Source: Nitrososphaeria archaeon (GTDB lineage: Archaea > Thermoproteota > Nitrososphaeria > JACIWG01). Taken from it: a DNA stretch of 64,000 nt. This document shows positions 63,001 through 64,000 of the stretch, in pieces. The notes under the pieces were generated by a model that was given only the letters and a program-made list of their open reading frames with translations, made no database searches and had not been told where the DNA came from. The position numbers and the translations under genes were made by a program. The stretch lies in contig CAVVXT010000003.1 of NCBI GenBank assembly GCA_963752255.1, positions 113,076 through 177,075 on the forward strand. The letters run 5' to 3'. Each line of letters begins with the position of its first letter. Positions within the stretch are counted from its first letter, which is position 1.

Positions 63001-63025
63001 TTCTGCATTAAGAGTTAATGCAGAA
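63001..63025. repeat. Perfect 11-bp inverted repeat TTCTGCATTAA-GAG-TTAATGCAGAA
   Basis: Directly visible. Confidence 0.85.
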
Positions 63026-63328
63026 CTCATGAAACGATTGCTTTAAAAAAAACTTACCCAGTTTGTAAAGGTTGTTTATACCTACCCGCTTTCAGGCCCA
63101 GGAGCCGTAATCATGATTGTCTTAGCAACCTCCTCAGGATCCTCACGCATTAGCTTCCCGATCTTCTGTGAACCTGTATCGACGGTTTCCGTCCTTTTAA
63201 CGATCTTGTCAATTACATCTACGCAGGAATCTATGATCCTGAATTTTACTCGCTTAAACCAGCCAAAACGTTAGATTTCAACAGCTCTTATATAACCCAA
63301 AAGCAGACTCCAATTCATAATTTTTTAG

Positions 63329-63982
63329 TCAATGCACCCTCTCAACATTAAACAACTCTAGGAGATCCTCTATTTCTTCCTTTTCATCATCTGATGGCCT
63401 CCATCCACAAAGTTCACATCTGCTTTCTGGATTTAATCCTTCAGTTTCTTGTTTAAGCTTCTCAACTAGAATCCCGACCTTATCCCGAAGCATTTCTTGT
63501 GCATCTTTTACACCTTCAATAGCATCTTGATTCTTTGGATCTTTTCTGGCATCAAGTTTAAAGCAATGCAGATCTTTCAATACGCAATAAATATCGGGGT
63601 ATCCGGTCTTTAAATGTTCAAAACCTATCTTCAGATATTCAGGTTTAGGGTTAAGGTCACCTTCAATATAGTAGCGTCCTGGTCTAATTAGTGCGAGCAA
63701 ACCAGATGCTATAGTGGGTTCATGTTCTCTCGAAAACTGTTTTTGTTTATTTGCCCCTCCAAGAGCCTCTACCCCTTTATCTGTGAGTCTAATTTGGAAA
63801 GACTTCCCTTTTACCCTGTCACCCATTTTCACATAGCCTTTTACTATTGGGTTCGCCAAGATTCTATCTACCGACTTTCTACCATAAGGTTCACATGCAA
63901 CATACAGGTCTCTCTTGGATATACTTGCGATCCCTCTAATTTTATGTTGCTCAAGTCCGATTTTTGTTAAGATCCTTTTCAT
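63329..63982 (-). CDS. Hypothetical protein with a wHTH-like N-terminus and a CxxC near the C-terminus
   Basis: KGYV...IRLTDKG; CELC. Confidence 0.6.
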   Translation of the reverse strand: MKRILTKIGLEQHKIRGIASISKRDLYVACEPYGRKSVDRILANPIVKGYVKMGDRVKGKSFQIRLTDKGVEALGGANKQKQFSREHEPTIASGLLALIRPGRYYIEGDLNPKPEYLKIGFEHLKTGYPDIYCVLKDLHCFKLDARKDPKNQDAIEGVKDAQEMLRDKVGILVEKLKQETEGLNPESRCELCGWRPSDDEKEEIEDLLELFNVERVH

Positions 63983-64000
63983 AGAATGTTGGATATCTAT

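Overview
AT-rich archaeal chromosome segment, probably TACK/Thermoproteota (inferred from GGTGA Shine-Dalgarno sites, a DUF3227-like gene, a DUF2139-like gene and the his gene order). About 0-46 kb is mostly metabolic: scattered sugar-acid catabolism genes, adk, acdA, a his operon (G-D-C-HAD-B-H-A-F-I/PRTase, no hisE), a trans-sulfuration enzyme and leuCD-like genes, mixed with several gene stubs. About 46-64 kb is an accessory region of small hypotheticals, tRNA-Cys(GCA), a split tyrosine integrase, a type IIG-like restriction-modification gene and decayed ParB-like modules. The main find is a 47-bp copy of the tRNA-Cys 3' half in INVERTED orientation 2 kb downstream of the tRNA. The N- and C-terminal halves of an SSV-type split integrase abut the two copies, so inverting the 2-kb segment would join the integrase halves in frame while leaving the tRNA intact. 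Three families of dispersed intergenic palindromic motifs were also found, one of which recurs in pairs spaced exactly 57 bp apart. Many genes carry single-base indels (probably assembly errors), so all fusion and frameshift calls need read-level checks. All family assignments are from motif recognition by eye, not database searches.
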